Source: Macrostomum lignano
Taxonomy: Eukaryota
Assembly: GCA_002269645.1 (NCBI GenBank)
Contig: NIVC01002080.1
Location: 62,001 to 126,000, forward strand
DNA length: 64,000 nt
Direction: 5' to 3'
Shown here: piece after piece, positions 33,939 to 61,200 of the stretch
Layout: every line of letters begins with the position of its first letter
Position numbering within the stretch: the stretch's first letter is position 1
Translations under genes and position numbers: made by a program
Notes under the pieces: generated by a model
Told to the model about the DNA's origin: nothing
The model's database searches: none
Seen by the model: the letters and a program-made list of their open reading frames with translations, nothing else

Positions 33939-36900
33939 ATTTGCAAACTAACGTGATACAAATCAATAAGGGGTAATAAGAAATATTTAAAATACACCCC
34001 AATACAACATGGACAACAGTATGTAATAATGTAGAAATAAAATATTATTTCTTCCTCAACGAGCTTCTTTAAAATGCTACGAAAATATTTGCCAATATTA
34101 GTCGTTTTGTAAAAAATTTACGTTTAGAAACATAATTTTATTGCTTTAAACGAGCAATTATAGGCATTTGAAAAGCCTTAGAAGACAAAGAAAATAAAAT
34201 TGATATACTGCTTCAAAAATCTTTGCACGCAAATTTGAATATTTTCGGCAAGCTGGCTTTTGGACTTCGATCAGTTTAACTAATCACTGAATTAAGAAGT
34301 CTAAATAAGTCTTGAAAAGTTGAATTAAAAATCAAGTTTTCACTATGTATCTTTTCAAAGTCAAGATGATTCGACAAATAAAGAATGTTCATTTTTACGG
34401 TGAATAGAATTGTTCATTTTTACATTAAATATAATAAAATCTAACTAATAATAGAAAAAGTCAGGGAACTATCCTTGAACACCAAAAAGCACATTGTGGA
34501 TTTAATATCAACTGCATGTTCCTTAATAAAGGAATTCGGATTCTAGTATATATTTGATTATTTGTAGCATAATTTCTGAAAACTATAACTTGCTTGATTT
34601 TACTTTAAGTACTTATTACATTAATACTTATACCAAAGCTGCATGTACTTAAAATAAAAAATTATAGTTACTTATTAGACATTTTACTCCAATTAACTTA
34701 AAATAATTCAAATTTATTTTAATCAATTCATTTTTTGAAACTTTTTGGAAAATAGACAAAATTGAATTATTTAATTACCAAAAACCTACTAGCTTAACTA
34801 AAATAGCAGTTAGTCTTTAAAAAAAGATTTCACTTGTTAATTGAGAAAAATGAGGGTGTGCGAGGTGTAAAAATGCGAAAGAGCATGCAGGAAACAGAGA
34901 CAAACAAAAATGTAGGTAAAAGACACTGCACATGCACATAATATGATAACCAGACATAATGCGCACACTGAAACACCAGTAGCAATGACGCCCAAGCTTT
35001 TGATGATCACAAGCGAAAAGGCAAAACCCAGCCATCAATCAAAGAAGTAGACTATAGCACGCATCTTGAGTGCATCACGCATTTTTTGCAGAGAAGCTCG
35101 AAAATTAACATTGTATTCTGTGCACAACCACCAACTGCGACAGGGTCTGCCGGGGGATTTGTGGGCACGCGGTCGGAGGAGTCGCTGACCATTCTGAAAT
35201 TACTAGCTAGTACATGTAATTTTGTGTATTAATATATTTAGCCCGCTTTATTTCTATGCTCTCGTCCGCCTCTCGTTAATGCATCCCCAGACTCATGGAA
35301 TAATCAAACTTATGATCGAACTATGCATGGCTTCCGTCCCTCGCTTTGAATCTCTCACCTCCCCATAGTTCCATCAACCTTACCGTAGTGGCTTCCTATG
35401 CAAAAATCATCCCTCCGCATCTTACACAGGCTACTTCAGGCTGTAGACTGTACTACACTATTAATTAGTTGCGCTAAGGAATCTACATGTATTTTGCTCG
35501 CAGCGCAACGCGCTGCTCAAAGAAGTTTAGATCTATCTAGATATTCTAGTAATTTCAGGTTTGTCCATAGACTAGAGCTCATGAGATGAGAATTCCATTA
35601 ACTAGTACATTTAATATGAATGAACTGCGTGTGTGTGTGCTGTGCATACATATGTATAATATACGAGTAGTTTATGGGCCAAATTATTGTGTGGCACAAT
35701 TCTTGGCATCACTCAGCAGGCACAAGATGCAGTTAAGCAGCGCACGAAAATTCTACAAAAGAAATTGAGCCTGGTTGAGGTGATGCGAGGAGGCAGATCC
35801 ACACAATCTCAGTGAATACACCAGACTGCACCAGATACGAGTCCAGTCGAATGTGCGCACTGGTCTAAGCAGCACACGCATGTCCTTCTGACAATGACGG
35901 CACCTAGCTTCGTCCAAGCCTTTGCCAGCGTCACTGACAGCGTCAATACTACCATGCAGTGCCACCTGCAGCACCGACAACGGCAATTCCTCCAGTTAGC
36001 CCACAACAGTGGCTAAACTGAGGGACATGGAACCTACCCGCAGAAGACACACACATACACACACAGCACCGGCAGCAGCACTCTGACAGCATAACCTAAA
36101 GCTCCATGAGCTCAGTTTTCAAGCATTGAAGAAGCAGAAGCAGTCATCTTGAATCCAGGGATCAGGAAGAGTGTTGCATGTCCGACATGTGCTGTTTCCG
36201 TGGCAAAAGGTGATGGAGCAAATTAATCAACACTTACTATCTAGCTCGTATTAAGACTAAAAAACTGAGGCAAGCTGGGATTAAACCAAAGAAAATTTTT
36301 TACTATACTTTTTTACCATGTACTTTTACTATACTTCTATAGTATAGTAGAGAGGTACTCTATTTAAATGCAGTAAGAAGTGAAACAAATTTATATATTT
36401 AATTATTAAAATTAAATTAATTCAAGGTAAATAACTAATTTAACCAATTTATTAGAAGTATTTAATATTTTAATAAATTGATTTTTATACCTTACACGAA
36501 ATAAGCTCTACATTCATTTCTTAGCTTGGGGCCCATCTGTATAAGGTCAGTTTCTTCAAAATGCTGATTAATTAATTAAGGCCTGTTGTCTTTACTTAAA
36601 TTTATAAGGGCATCTTAGAAGTTAATATTACTATATAATACATGTATAATATTATTACTATATTATAATAATATAGTTGCAATTTTAATGACTATTGAAT
36701 AAGTCTAAATGCTTCCCCTATTGACTCTAAATATATGGTATCTTTACCTTCAGAAAAAATTAGCATAGAATGACTTGATGAAAACAAAAAAAATCATTTC
36801 GAGATACACATTTGCTGATCATTCAGGTCAAATTTCAAGGTCCAGTTTTGCACATGTTTCTCTGTAGCTTGGTTACAAGGATTTTAATAAAAATATAATA

Positions 36901-39476
36901 AATATGTCCAATGTACTAACTGATACATAGCCAAATTGAAGTATTTTCAAAAACAAAAAAAATCATTTGCTCAGTTTACTTTACTGGATATCTGTGTAAA
37001 ATTTCAGCTCAAAAGGTGCTCCATGGAGAATGCTAGTGTGGTTACAGGATATTTATTTTGTGCTTCAAAGTAGGAGTTTATTGCGATGCATGGTTGCTTT
37101 TAATTATTTTTATCAACAATAGTGCTCTATTTCATAACAATTTTTTACAAAAAGATAAAAAGACATGTTTTTCTAATTATCTGCATCAAAATGTATCATT
37201 TTAAGCGCACATTCTAGACGTCAGCTGAAAAAATACATTTTGTGAGACGCAAAGAGGCTATCCCACCGGAAATGCTAGGCGTACAGTTAAGCGTCTATAA
37301 AATCATTTATAGTGCAGTTTATTGAGCTTTAAAAAAATCTTAAATTAAATTTATATAAGCTTTAATTTTAAATGTAATATAGCAAGGTTTCAACACAACA
37401 ACAACTTTTTTTTAGCTACAGACATCTTGTAGTACCAAAAATTAACATCGGTGAAATGATTGAATTTGAATTTTTTCATCGCTAATTATCGCTTAATACC
37501 GCCAGATGATTAAAAAACACTTTTGCATGATAAAGTTTAACCCAAAAATTATCTTTATTCACAGATAAAAGTGTCCTATTATTTTCAATATGGCAGTAAC
37601 AATAGTAAATGTTCGGAAAATTGTTAAAATTTTTGCTCCTCCTAGAATTTGCGAACGACCCTTTAAAACGCGCTGTATATTATAATAGCTCCATGATGAC
37701 TGACAGGGACTTCGCACGATCGGCCCTTTGATTCATCTCAGTTTATATACCATTTCAGTTGATTCAGGTGAACAGTGAAGCTGGGCGGGCTAAACCGATA
37801 GTTTTACTGGCTTAAATAAGGCAAGTAGCTCAATTTTTAACGTATAATATCTTCATATTTTCTGTGTGTAGTGTACTAACTTTAGCAAGTGAATTATTAT
37901 ATTTTGAACTAAAAAAATAATAATATACTGCATGTAATTAATACTTGAAAAAAATTGATGCTAGCATCTACCAATGACAATATCCAGAGGCGTATATATA
38001 TAATTTTCTTAGTTTAGGCCTATAATAGCTAGATAAGGGAAGGCCTATAATAAATAGGCCTAATTTGGCTAAGCCTTTTTAGGCTTTTAATTGATAGGCC
38101 TAGCCTAAGCATTGTTTAACTAGGCTAAGGCCTAAAATTGTTTTTTAAAGCATCAATTTAAGTTTCCACATTTTGGTAAAAACTGTAGGGGCCTAAGCTA
38201 TTAAAATAGGCCTAGTACAATAGACAATAACATAGCATACTTAATTCAATTGATTAAATATACGGTTATAATAATCAAGTTAAAAAGCAGTATGCTTAAA
38301 AAATTAAAATAAACAAAGTTTTTAAAAGACATTTTAATGTAGCTTTTATAATATGAAGGTTATAAAGTAAGAAATTAAAAATATATATACTATATATATA
38401 TATTAGATAGGCCCTATTCCATAATTATTAGGCCTATAGTATTGACCTAAAAGCCTTGCCATTAGTTTAGAATATTTTATTATAAACCTTAATTTAACAA
38501 GGCAAATGTAATAAAAAAGTTAGGTTATTTTTAAAATCAATCATTTAAATAATCAATAGACTTTTTAATAGTTATATTAAATAAGTTAAAGGTTTTTCTT
38601 TGCTAGGGTTTAGAAACAATTTTTCTAAAGTTATTTCTAGAATGTTAGGTTTATTTATAGCATTTTTATTAGTTGATTAAGTTGAAATTTGTTTTGCAAC
38701 TAACAAAATATAGGCTAAGGCCAATGTCAATTTTTATTTAAGTATCTTCTTTTTTAATAATATTAAAAAAGGGACTAAGCATATCTTAGAGCACTTTAAG
38801 CAACATTGTTATATAATCAATGAGAGGCATCATTGCTTATAATATTTTCTAAATCTTTTAAGTAGACACTAAGCACATAGGCATACATGTGCAACTACTG
38901 GCCAACCTGACTGATCTGGCCATGGTAAATTGTGGTAAACTAGGGATAAGTTATAAAAATACCTACCTAAAAGAATACAGACATAGTACTAATTAGATGA
39001 CAAGGCTTTTCAAGCTTTTACCCTTATAGGACAATGATAGTTACTCCTGCCATTTATCCAAAATTTCTTCAAGTTGCATTTTTTGGTCAAAAAGTAAGTT
39101 GCATGGCCAGTATAAATTGGGTGGGTTGCGCACATATGCACATGGATATGTATAGTCATATGCATAGGCACATATGTCACATATATAAGTGTGCAATAGC
39201 CATATTTTTTTGTCAAACATGTATATTTGAACATGCCTTGGGGATTGGCCCTCAATGGCATTAACTGAAAAAATAGCCCCATGTAAAGATTCTAATTTAG
39301 TTCCAAATTTATGTGATAATATTTATATTTAGATTAAGTCTAGACTACTATGCCTTGGCACATAATAGTGCCAACCTTAGACCATTAGTTATTGCCCTTA
39401 ATATTTTTTTGTTCTTTTATTTTATGTCATTTAATTTTTACTATAATGTATTTATTGTTTAAAATTAAATTTCCAG

Positions 39477-52388
<12,912 letters not shown>

Positions 52389-53370
52389 CGAGTTATTTTT
52401 AGAATGCCTCTAAATACAATTTACACCATACATACTACTACTAAGTTTAAAGTTGTTTTAAGTAGTACTACTAGCGCATCGACGGCTTAAGTTTTGTTTT
52501 TTTGCTTGTAGGCTTCTTAATGCTTAAAATTGCATTTTTGTGTTCGGTTTCAACTCGCTTGTCTTCCATTCTCTAGAAACATGTACTTTTCCACGAAGTC
52601 AATATCACTCGCTGCATTTTCAATAGACAGTGTCCTAAAATTTGAGTCTTCCTATTATTCAATCCACTTCAATAAATAACTGACTTGTGTAAGCAACAAA
52701 TTTAACTATTTTAAACCCAGAAAATGTTTTAAAATACCGCTACTCATTTTGCAAATTTTATTTTTTGACGTTTGGAATCTCTTATTACGGTAGGAACCAT
52801 ATATATTTTGACACTTCAATGCGATTCATTTAAGAGAAGAACGTTTTGTTTATATTAGTGCTTAGACACTGCAAAGAAGCTTTATTATGTTTGGTAACAT
52901 TTATTTAGCTTTTTTATTCGGTTAGTCTGTAATATTGAATGTTTTAACTACTGATTGAGGGCTATGAGTTAGAGGCTCATGTAAGAACCAAGACCACAGG
53001 CGGCTAGAGTAGAAAAGCCGTTACAGTCGCAGTTGATCGAATTTCGCTGGAGGCCATGCAGATTTTAGCACTAAACTCACATTATGAGTCTGAGTTGCAC
53101 TCGCAAGGTTTTCAGAGCTGTTTCTCTAATAATTCTTTGTTAATTTGTTTCCTCGACCAACTTGCATTGTGCAACGAAAATCGGCCTCCAGCGACATTTG
53201 CTAGTGCAGCGGGATTCTGCTTCAGCTGCCCATGTCTCTAGCTTGTACGATCGTATTATTATTAGTGGTGCCTGCGTTGAGGTAACGAAAGTCTTTATGG
53301 GGTTTCAAAAGTCTTTATGAAGTTTCAATACCTTTAATCACGTGACGGTCTCCAGTCACTGGCCAACTGT

Positions 53371-54038
53371 TTAGAAGGCCGGACCGTTGAGCTGGGACTC
53401 GATATGTTTCAGCTCCCGAGCCAGCTGGCACATGGTGCACGGGCCGCAAAAGTAGGAGCAGCAGCAGTCCTTAATAACGCTGCCCTCTATGTTGTACCGA
53501 GTGCGCAGCTTCAGTCGGTACATCATCAGAGTATCCGGTACGCAGAACGGCGTGCAGCAGTGCTCGTTCATTCGTTTAGAGATGCTGCAGGTTAGGTACC
53601 AGAAGCCGCAAAATAATGAGCAGACGCAGGAGGTGCAGTCCTCGAAGCAGCCGCAGGTGCCGGTGCTCCATTCCCTCTCTTGCTGCTTTCCTGCAGTGAT
53701 GTTCAGGTTGTTACATGTGATGATGTATTTTGACGAGTGTGTAACCAAAACTAGGGACCCCGACCCTAGAACTGGGAGGCTGGCAAGGCCCAGCCTCAGA
53801 TAATTTAACCTTATTTATCGTATTAAGAGTTGACAGTCAATACTCGTATTTAGCCTTGTCCTTGTCCTTTTTCCAATGTTCACCTTTAAAGTCACTGCAG
53901 CCTGTGGCAACGTGTAGATAAAGAAACAGTAATAGCTCTAAATTCAAGTCACTTACCAATCGATACGGGCTGCCCGGTCTGCACAAAAGTCGCTTCCGGC
54001 TGGCTGGTCACCACGTACTGCACCTGTTGTTTCTGCAT
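53371..54038 (-). CDS. PLAC8/cornifelin family Cys-rich protein
   Basis: Exons 54038-53957 (MQKQQVQYVVTSQP...) and 53690-53371, joined in phase 1; motifs WSTGTCGCFED, LRTRYNIEGS..DCCCSYFCGPCTMCQLARELK. Confidence 0.92.
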
Positions 54039-54584
54039 GTCGAGCAGTTAGCTAGCGCGAGTCTACTCAAGTGAGCCGTGAAAGAAAAGCGCCTTAAAAA
54101 TTTTAAGAGAACGTCATAAATGTAGAAATTCTTTCCTGGGCTGGGTGGGTGGTGGGCGCATCTCGCTGCGAGGCAGCCGCACCCAAACAGACAGCCCCAC
54201 TCAACTCGTTCATCGGGACCTTTTTACCAACAGGCATTATTTGACAGTGTAAATTTAAGGGCAAGCAGCAGCAGCAGGCAGACAGACAAGAGGGCCTCTG
54301 CTTTTGAATTGTTTTTAAAAGTAACCAAAGCTTTGATTGCGCATTTCCTATTTTTCTACACTGAGGCAGTAGCTGCAGACACATCTCTACAGTAACTATA
54401 TGAGCTAGCAAAAAAAGACAGTAATATCGTCATGTAGCTAGTCGTGGCGCTGTCTCTCTTAACTCGCGATATTTTTAATTTCCAAGATTGCAGCTTTACG
54501 AGCTCCTATATTGTGCTTTCACCATGGACAGCTCAGGCACTCCAATTTCACTGGAATTTCAAATAATTTGTCCAGTGGGTTAAG

Positions 54585-54984
54585 CGAGGGCTGCTTTAAT
54601 GGTTCGTGGAAAAAGACATTTCAATAATTTATATGCATACACCCACCTAATGAGACTTCTCAACATAGTTTCCAGACAGAGTGATACATTTCTTCATCCG
54701 ATAAAAGCATGCTATATAAAACAGTCTCTCAATTTCACCTGAGTGACAGCTTCCAGCTCCTTGCGAGAATCAAAGCGCTTTCCTTTGAGCTTCTTCTTGA
54801 TCCTCGGACAGAAGAAGAAGTCAGCAGGAGCGAGGTCGGGCGAGTAGGCTGGAGATATGGCAGCAGAGTCGATGCCAGATCCTCTTATCACCCTGGCTCG
54901 GTGAGCTGGTGCGTTGTCATGGTGCAGGAAAATGGTACCTACGGGGTCTCTTGTTTTTGGCAAGGACCCTAGGAGCACTTTCAT
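54585..54984 (-). mobile_element. Mariner transposase C-terminal remnant with probable terminal repeat
   Basis: HHDNAPAH and YSPDLAPADF motifs, then after a break RMKKCITLSGNYVEK; cgagggctg at 54585 resembles a Tc1/mariner TIR end. Confidence 0.85.
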
Positions 54985-56566
54985 GATTTTGTCGTATTAT
55001 TACATGACGTAGGACTGTAGCTTATTAGTTTTTCTTACATTACTTATGACTAGGCTAGGCCTATTGTCAAGAAGCTGAAAATTGACATTAAAAAGGTTTC
55101 AACATCCTCTGAAATGCCACTGAAAAAAACACGTAAAATTTCACTTCATTTGCATAAAAGGAAGTTTCATTTTCCCATATATAAAAAACGAATATTTATA
55201 AGAATGAACTATAAATTCTCAAGGACTACTAAAGTAGAAGGACGGGAAACTGCGTTTCTTAGAAAATGTTTATGAGGCTGGTTTTCGCCGAGAAGTACTC
55301 ATTTATGGAAGTTTTCATTTTTCAGCGCAAAAATTGCTACTGCTTTCGATAGGAGGCAGGCAGACCCAGTATTCAAATTTTGATATGTTGTGCCTTCTTA
55401 TAGGAATAGCTCTATTGGTATTCATAAAGTTTTTTGTTTAGAAAATTAGAATTACGAGTATGTGTCAAATTCTTTTATTCTACGTAGTTCCTGTGCCTAA
55501 AATCATAATAACGCATGGCACAGCTCTGGTTTTATGGATCTATTTTATCATCTCTGTTACACATTGACACAATGGGCTAAGAAGTCTTATATCAATACAG
55601 CTATAAAAGATGAACATTAGATCTGCCTGATCCTATCGAAAGCAATAACAATTCTTTTTTTGAAATAACGAAAACTTCATATCACCGCAGTGTATTTTTT
55701 TCGGCGAAAACCTGCCTTTTAAACATTTTCTATGTAACGTTTCCTGTCCTACTCGAGTAGTACTTGTAAATTCTATAGCGAATAGCGATCCAGCGCGCCA
55801 ATTGAGTGACTTTGGGCACGTCATATCCCGGATGAAAAGGCATTAAAAAATAAACAAGCTGACAAAACATAACGAGAAGCATCCTCATCAATTGTGTAGT
55901 TTCTTTCCAACACTTTGATTTAATAATAGAACTCATATTCATATTTAGCGTAGAAAGTTATTCAAGTTTTACATTATACGTACTACTCGGTGCGTGTTTT
56001 AATATAATCATTGCCACTTATAATGAATTCATGACTGTGAAAGGTGTGGCCGACAGCCAGAAACGACTCAACAGGTATAATAAACAATATTTTATGCTCA
56101 AAATTAGCAATTTTCAGACAAAAATCGAAAAGCTAAATGGAATCTAATCTACGAGTAGCTCAACAAACCTGTCAAACCAGCAATACAGGGCCATTGAAAA
56201 TACAAAAAAGCACAAAGTACTCTTATTATAAAGAAGTTGCTTCATTCAAATTTGATCGTCAGAACGATTACTCGTAGTTACGAGCGTATAATTGCACAGA
56301 GCCTTGAATTTCATCTGAATAGCAGTAGGTTAAACATTCCAGAGTTTTTTTACATGTTGGAAATATTTTTGTAAGATTGAGTGATGGCATAAAAACCAAT
56401 ATTATATTTTTTTCGACACTGAATAAGAGCTTATCAACAAGAAAGAATAATGTCATAATTCGAAAGGGATAATAAGAAAATGTGTATTAATAGCTAAATT
56501 AGAGTACTCACAAATTTATCCGTACTTCTAGGGGTTAAAACGGTGGTAAAGACCATGATTGCACAC

Positions 56567-57259
56567 TGCACAGTCCTGGCCAAGGCCAACTAGCGGGTGT
56601 ACATTGGGGCAGGGGATATAAAGAGGGCCGTTGCACAGTCCTGGCCAAGGCCAACTAGCGGGTGTACATTGGGGCAGGGGTTATAAAGAGGGCCGTTGCA
56701 CAGTCCTGGCCAAGGCCAACTAGCGGGTGTACATTGGGGCAGGGGTTATAAAGAGGGCCGTTGCACAGTCCTAACCAACTAGTGGGTGTACATTGGGGCA
56801 GGGGTTATAAAGAGGGCCGTTGCACAGTCCTGGCCAACTAGTGGGTGTACATTGGGGCAGGGGTTATAAAGAGGGCCGTTGCACAGTCCTAACCAACTAG
56901 TGGGTGTACATTGGGGCAGGGGTTATAAAGAGGGCCGTTGCACAGTCCTAACCAACTAGTGGGTGTACATTGGGGCAGGGGTTATAAAGAGGGCCGTTGC
57001 ACAGTCCTGGCCAACTAGTGGGTGTACATTGGGGCAGGGGTTATAAAGAGGGCCGTTGCACAGTCCTGGCCAACTAGTGGGTGTACATTGGGGCAGGGGT
57101 TATAAAGAGGGCCGTTGCACAGTCCTGGCCAACTAGTGGGTGTACATTGGGGCAGGGGTTATAAAGAGGGCCGTTGCACAGTCCTGGCCAACTAGTGGGT
57201 GTACATTGGGGCAGGGGTTATAAAGAGGGCCGTTGCACAGTCCTGGCCAACTAGTGGGT
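56567..57259. repeat. 59/65-bp intergenic tandem repeat
   Basis: About 11-12 units of ttgcacagtcctggccaactagtgggtgtacattggggcaggggttataaagagggccg; the first three carry an extra aaggcc. Confidence 0.95.
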
Positions 57260-58261
57260 ACACTAGGGTAGTGGCTATAATGTAGGCCGCTGCACACGGC
57301 GATAAATTTAAAGCAACTAATTAACAACAATGGAAGTTAAATTGATCATATAGGCTGGAACGATTATTTAAGAAAAGTAAATTAAATGAGCTCACATAAC
57401 ACAAATATTAATTAGTAAAATAAACGAATTTAACATTACTACAATAAAACAACAATGTTTGAAAACAGATTTTGCTGACGAAAAATAAATGATCATTCAC
57501 ATGCAAAGTAAATATATATATAAAGATATATATTTTTATATTATACTTTTTCACATGATAAGTTCATTTTTATTCTCACCTATAATCAAGACCAGAGCAG
57601 AATTACTAGCACATAATCAACCAATATATTTATGGTAATACGCGTACAAAAAGTTAAACCGGTTGAGAACAAAAAAACAAACAAACAAACAAATTATAAT
57701 TCATTCGACGAGATCCCAGAGGGAAAACACAATTAGCTCACTCTAATAGTGGTAATATGTCTATTTATATATCACCACTAATAAAGTACAAACTTGAGAT
57801 GTACTTTTAAGGAAACTAAGGGCCTTTTTTACGTAAATATAAACTGGTCCACATGAACTGCGCTTAATTAATTATTTAATCATTAGGTCATTAACGCATA
57901 ACTACTCTTATATGCGCCACTCAGTGCAATTTCTTGTGTAAGCTACTTTCAACTCAGTAGAAAGTTAAGCATTTTAATGTATTTAAGAACAAGACTCCTC
58001 TAATTAGCCCTGTTTTATTGCCTTCCTCAGAGTTCCAGCCTTAAGCTGCCTGCCATGTATATTCTCAGCGGCGCTAGTTAATGTACATTAACGGCTGCGC
58101 CAATAGCAAGCCGTTTTCCGGCTGCACGTCGCTTCAACCGCCTTTCTTATTATAAAATAGCTTGCACATGCTTCCTTACTACTGCATTGAAAGTCATAGA
58201 AACTGCTAGGCCAAGCCAATATGCCTAACTGGCCCATCTAGCTATTAAACACTATCTGTGA

Positions 58262-61200
58262 TCAGTAGCGACCGCCGCCGCCGGTGAAAGCGGACCTGGC
58301 TGACGACGTGGCGGCATCGGCGGCCACCCCACGCACGGTCTCGTTAGAGAGAACGCCCTGGCTGAACTCTTGCTTGGCCTTGGCGAAGCTGGCCCCCGTG
58401 CTGCGGTAGATCCTGTGCACCTGTAAGCGCGATGATGATGCACTTGAAGCTGAGACGACACAAACAGACAGATACTGAGACAAACAGCACATAATGAGAC
58501 ACAAATAGACAGATACTGAGACACAAACAGACAGATACTGAGACACAAACAGACACATAATGAGACACAAACAGACAGATACTGAGACACAAATGGACAG
58601 ATACTGAGACACAAACAGACAGATACTGAGACACAAACAGACAGATACTGAGACAAACAGACACATAATGAGACACAAACAGAAAGATACTGAGACACAA
58701 ACAGACAGATACTGAGACAAACAGACACATAATGAGACACAAACAGACAGATACTGAGACACAAATGGACAGATACTGAGACACAAACAGACACATAATG
58801 AGACACAAACAGACAGATACTGAGACACAAACAGACAGATACTGAGACACAAACAGAAAGATACTGAGACACAAACAGACAGATACTGAGACACAAACAG
58901 ACAGATACTGAGACACAAACAGACAGATACTGAGACACAAACAGACAGATACTGAGACACAAATGGACAGATACTGAGACACAAACAGACAGATACTGAG
59001 ACACAAACAGACAGATACTGAGACACAAACAGACAGATACTGAGACAAAACAGACAGATACTGAGACACAAACAGAAAGATACTGAGACACAAACAGACA
59101 GATACTGAGACACAAACAGACAGATACTGAGACACAAACAGAAAGATACTGAGACACAAACAGACAGATACTGAGACACAAACAGACAGATACTGAGACA
59201 CAAACAGACAGATACTGAGACACAAACAGAAAGATACTGAGACACAAACAGACAGATACTGAGACACAAACAGACAGATACTGAGACAAAACAGACAGAT
59301 ACTGAGACACAAACAGACAGATACTGAGACAAACAGACACATACAAGGACACAAACAGAAAGACACAAAGTCGCACTAAAATATACAAGTCTAAAAAACA
59401 AAAACGCTCTAAAATTGATGCTAAGGCACGCACTAATAATTTTAAAAAATACATCATACATTCAATTCACACTACTCACCCGAATAAGTAGTATCATGTC
59501 AAGCACAGACAGACAGGTGAAGCAGGCGGCGATGAACAGCATGAACCCGGCGGCGCCAAGGTTAGATTTCAACATGCTGGTGCCGTTAATCCAGCCGCAC
59601 GAGCCCAGATAGTTGAAGCCGAGGCACTGCACAACAAGGATGACGAACTGGACGAAGAACACCAGAAAGAACAGAAAGAAGTTGAAGCTGCTGTCGTTCC
59701 TGCAATTTGGTAGGGGAGTTGGATTTGGGATCTGGGAGTGTGCCTGTGAAACACTGAGGATCTGGGAGTGTGCCAGTGAATCACTGAGGATCTGGGAGTG
59801 TGCCTGTGAAACACTGAGGATCTGGGAGTGTGCCAGTGAATCACTGAGGATCTGGGAGTGTGCCTGTGAATCACTGAGGATCTGGGAGTGTGCCTGTGAA
59901 TCACTGAGGATCTGGGAGTGTGCCTGTGAATCACTGAGGATCTGGGAGTGTGCCTGTGAAACACTGAGGATCTAGGAGTGTGCCAGTGAATCACTGAGGA
60001 TCTGGGAGTGTGCCTGTGAATCACTGAGGATCTGGGAGTGTGCCAGTGAATCACTGAGGATCTGGGAGTGTGCCAGTGAATCACTGAGGATCTGGGAGTG
60101 TGCCTGTGAATCACTGAGGATCTGGGAGTGTGCCAGTGAATCACTGAGGATCTGGGAGTGTGCCAGTGAATCACTGAGGATCTGGGAGTGTGCCAGTGAA
60201 TCACTGAGGATCTGGGAGTGTGCCTGTGAATCACTGAGGATCTGGGAGTGTGCCTGTGAATCACTGAGGATCCGGGAGTGTGCCAGTGAAACACTGAGGA
60301 TCTGGGAGTGTGCCTGTGAATCACTGAGGATCTGGGAGTGTGCCTGTGAATCACTGAGGATCCGGGAGTGTGCCAGTGAATCACTGAGGATCCGGGATAA
60401 TGCAGTGTACATGCAAGCACTCAATCAGCAAAGCCTCACTTGAACGCCTTGTACAGCGGGCGAAACCAGCAAATAAAGGAGCAGGGCGGCAGGATGACAC
60501 ACAGCAGCAGAGACACGCCAAACACGGCTCCAGCTGTTGAGGCGTCGGTGCTGGAAGCTTCAATAAAGTACGCCAGGGTGCCTAGGGTGTTGATTAGTAG
60601 TACAGCCACGTGCGCCATCCACAGGTAATAGCCCAGCCTCACAATCCGCCGAAACTCCTGAGGGATTTCCAATTCAAAGTCCTGATAGAAGCAGGGCCCG
60701 ACAGGGCAGAATGACGGAAGCGGCGGCCAGTTGTTGTTGCGGTCTGGAAGCAGAAATTCAGGCATTGTGCATAAAGCTAACTGGTTGTTTTATTGGATTA
60801 AGGGGACAATCTACATCTACTGCTAAACTGGGGATCAGGGGGGGGGCAATCTACTGCTGGACTGGAGATCAAGGGGGGCAATCTACTGCTGGACTGGGGA
60901 TCAAGGGGGGCAATCTACTGCTGGACTGGAGATCAAGGGGGGCAATCTACTGCTGGTCTGGGGATCAAGGGGGGGCAATCTACTGCTGGTCTGGGGATCA
61001 AGGGGAGGGGCAATCTACTGCTGGTCTGGGGATCAAGGGGGGGGCAATCTACTGCTGGACTGGGGATCAAGGAGGAGGGGCAATCTACTGCTGGACTGGG
61101 GATCAAGGAGGAGGGGCAATCTACTGCTGGACTGGGGATCAAGGAAGAGGGGCAATCTACTGCTGGACTGGGGATCAAGGGGGGCAATCTACTGCTGGAC

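Noticed and set aside
35750-36100. GC-richer island with short ORFs
   Set aside because: No recognisable motif or consistent splice sites; possibly an old TE remnant, not supportable.
37690-37790. C/D box snoRNA (ATGATGA)
   Set aside because: No properly spaced terminal CTGA box or terminal stem.
55730-55942. 70-aa ORF as a gene
   Set aside because: No motif, no supporting exons, and AT-rich context.
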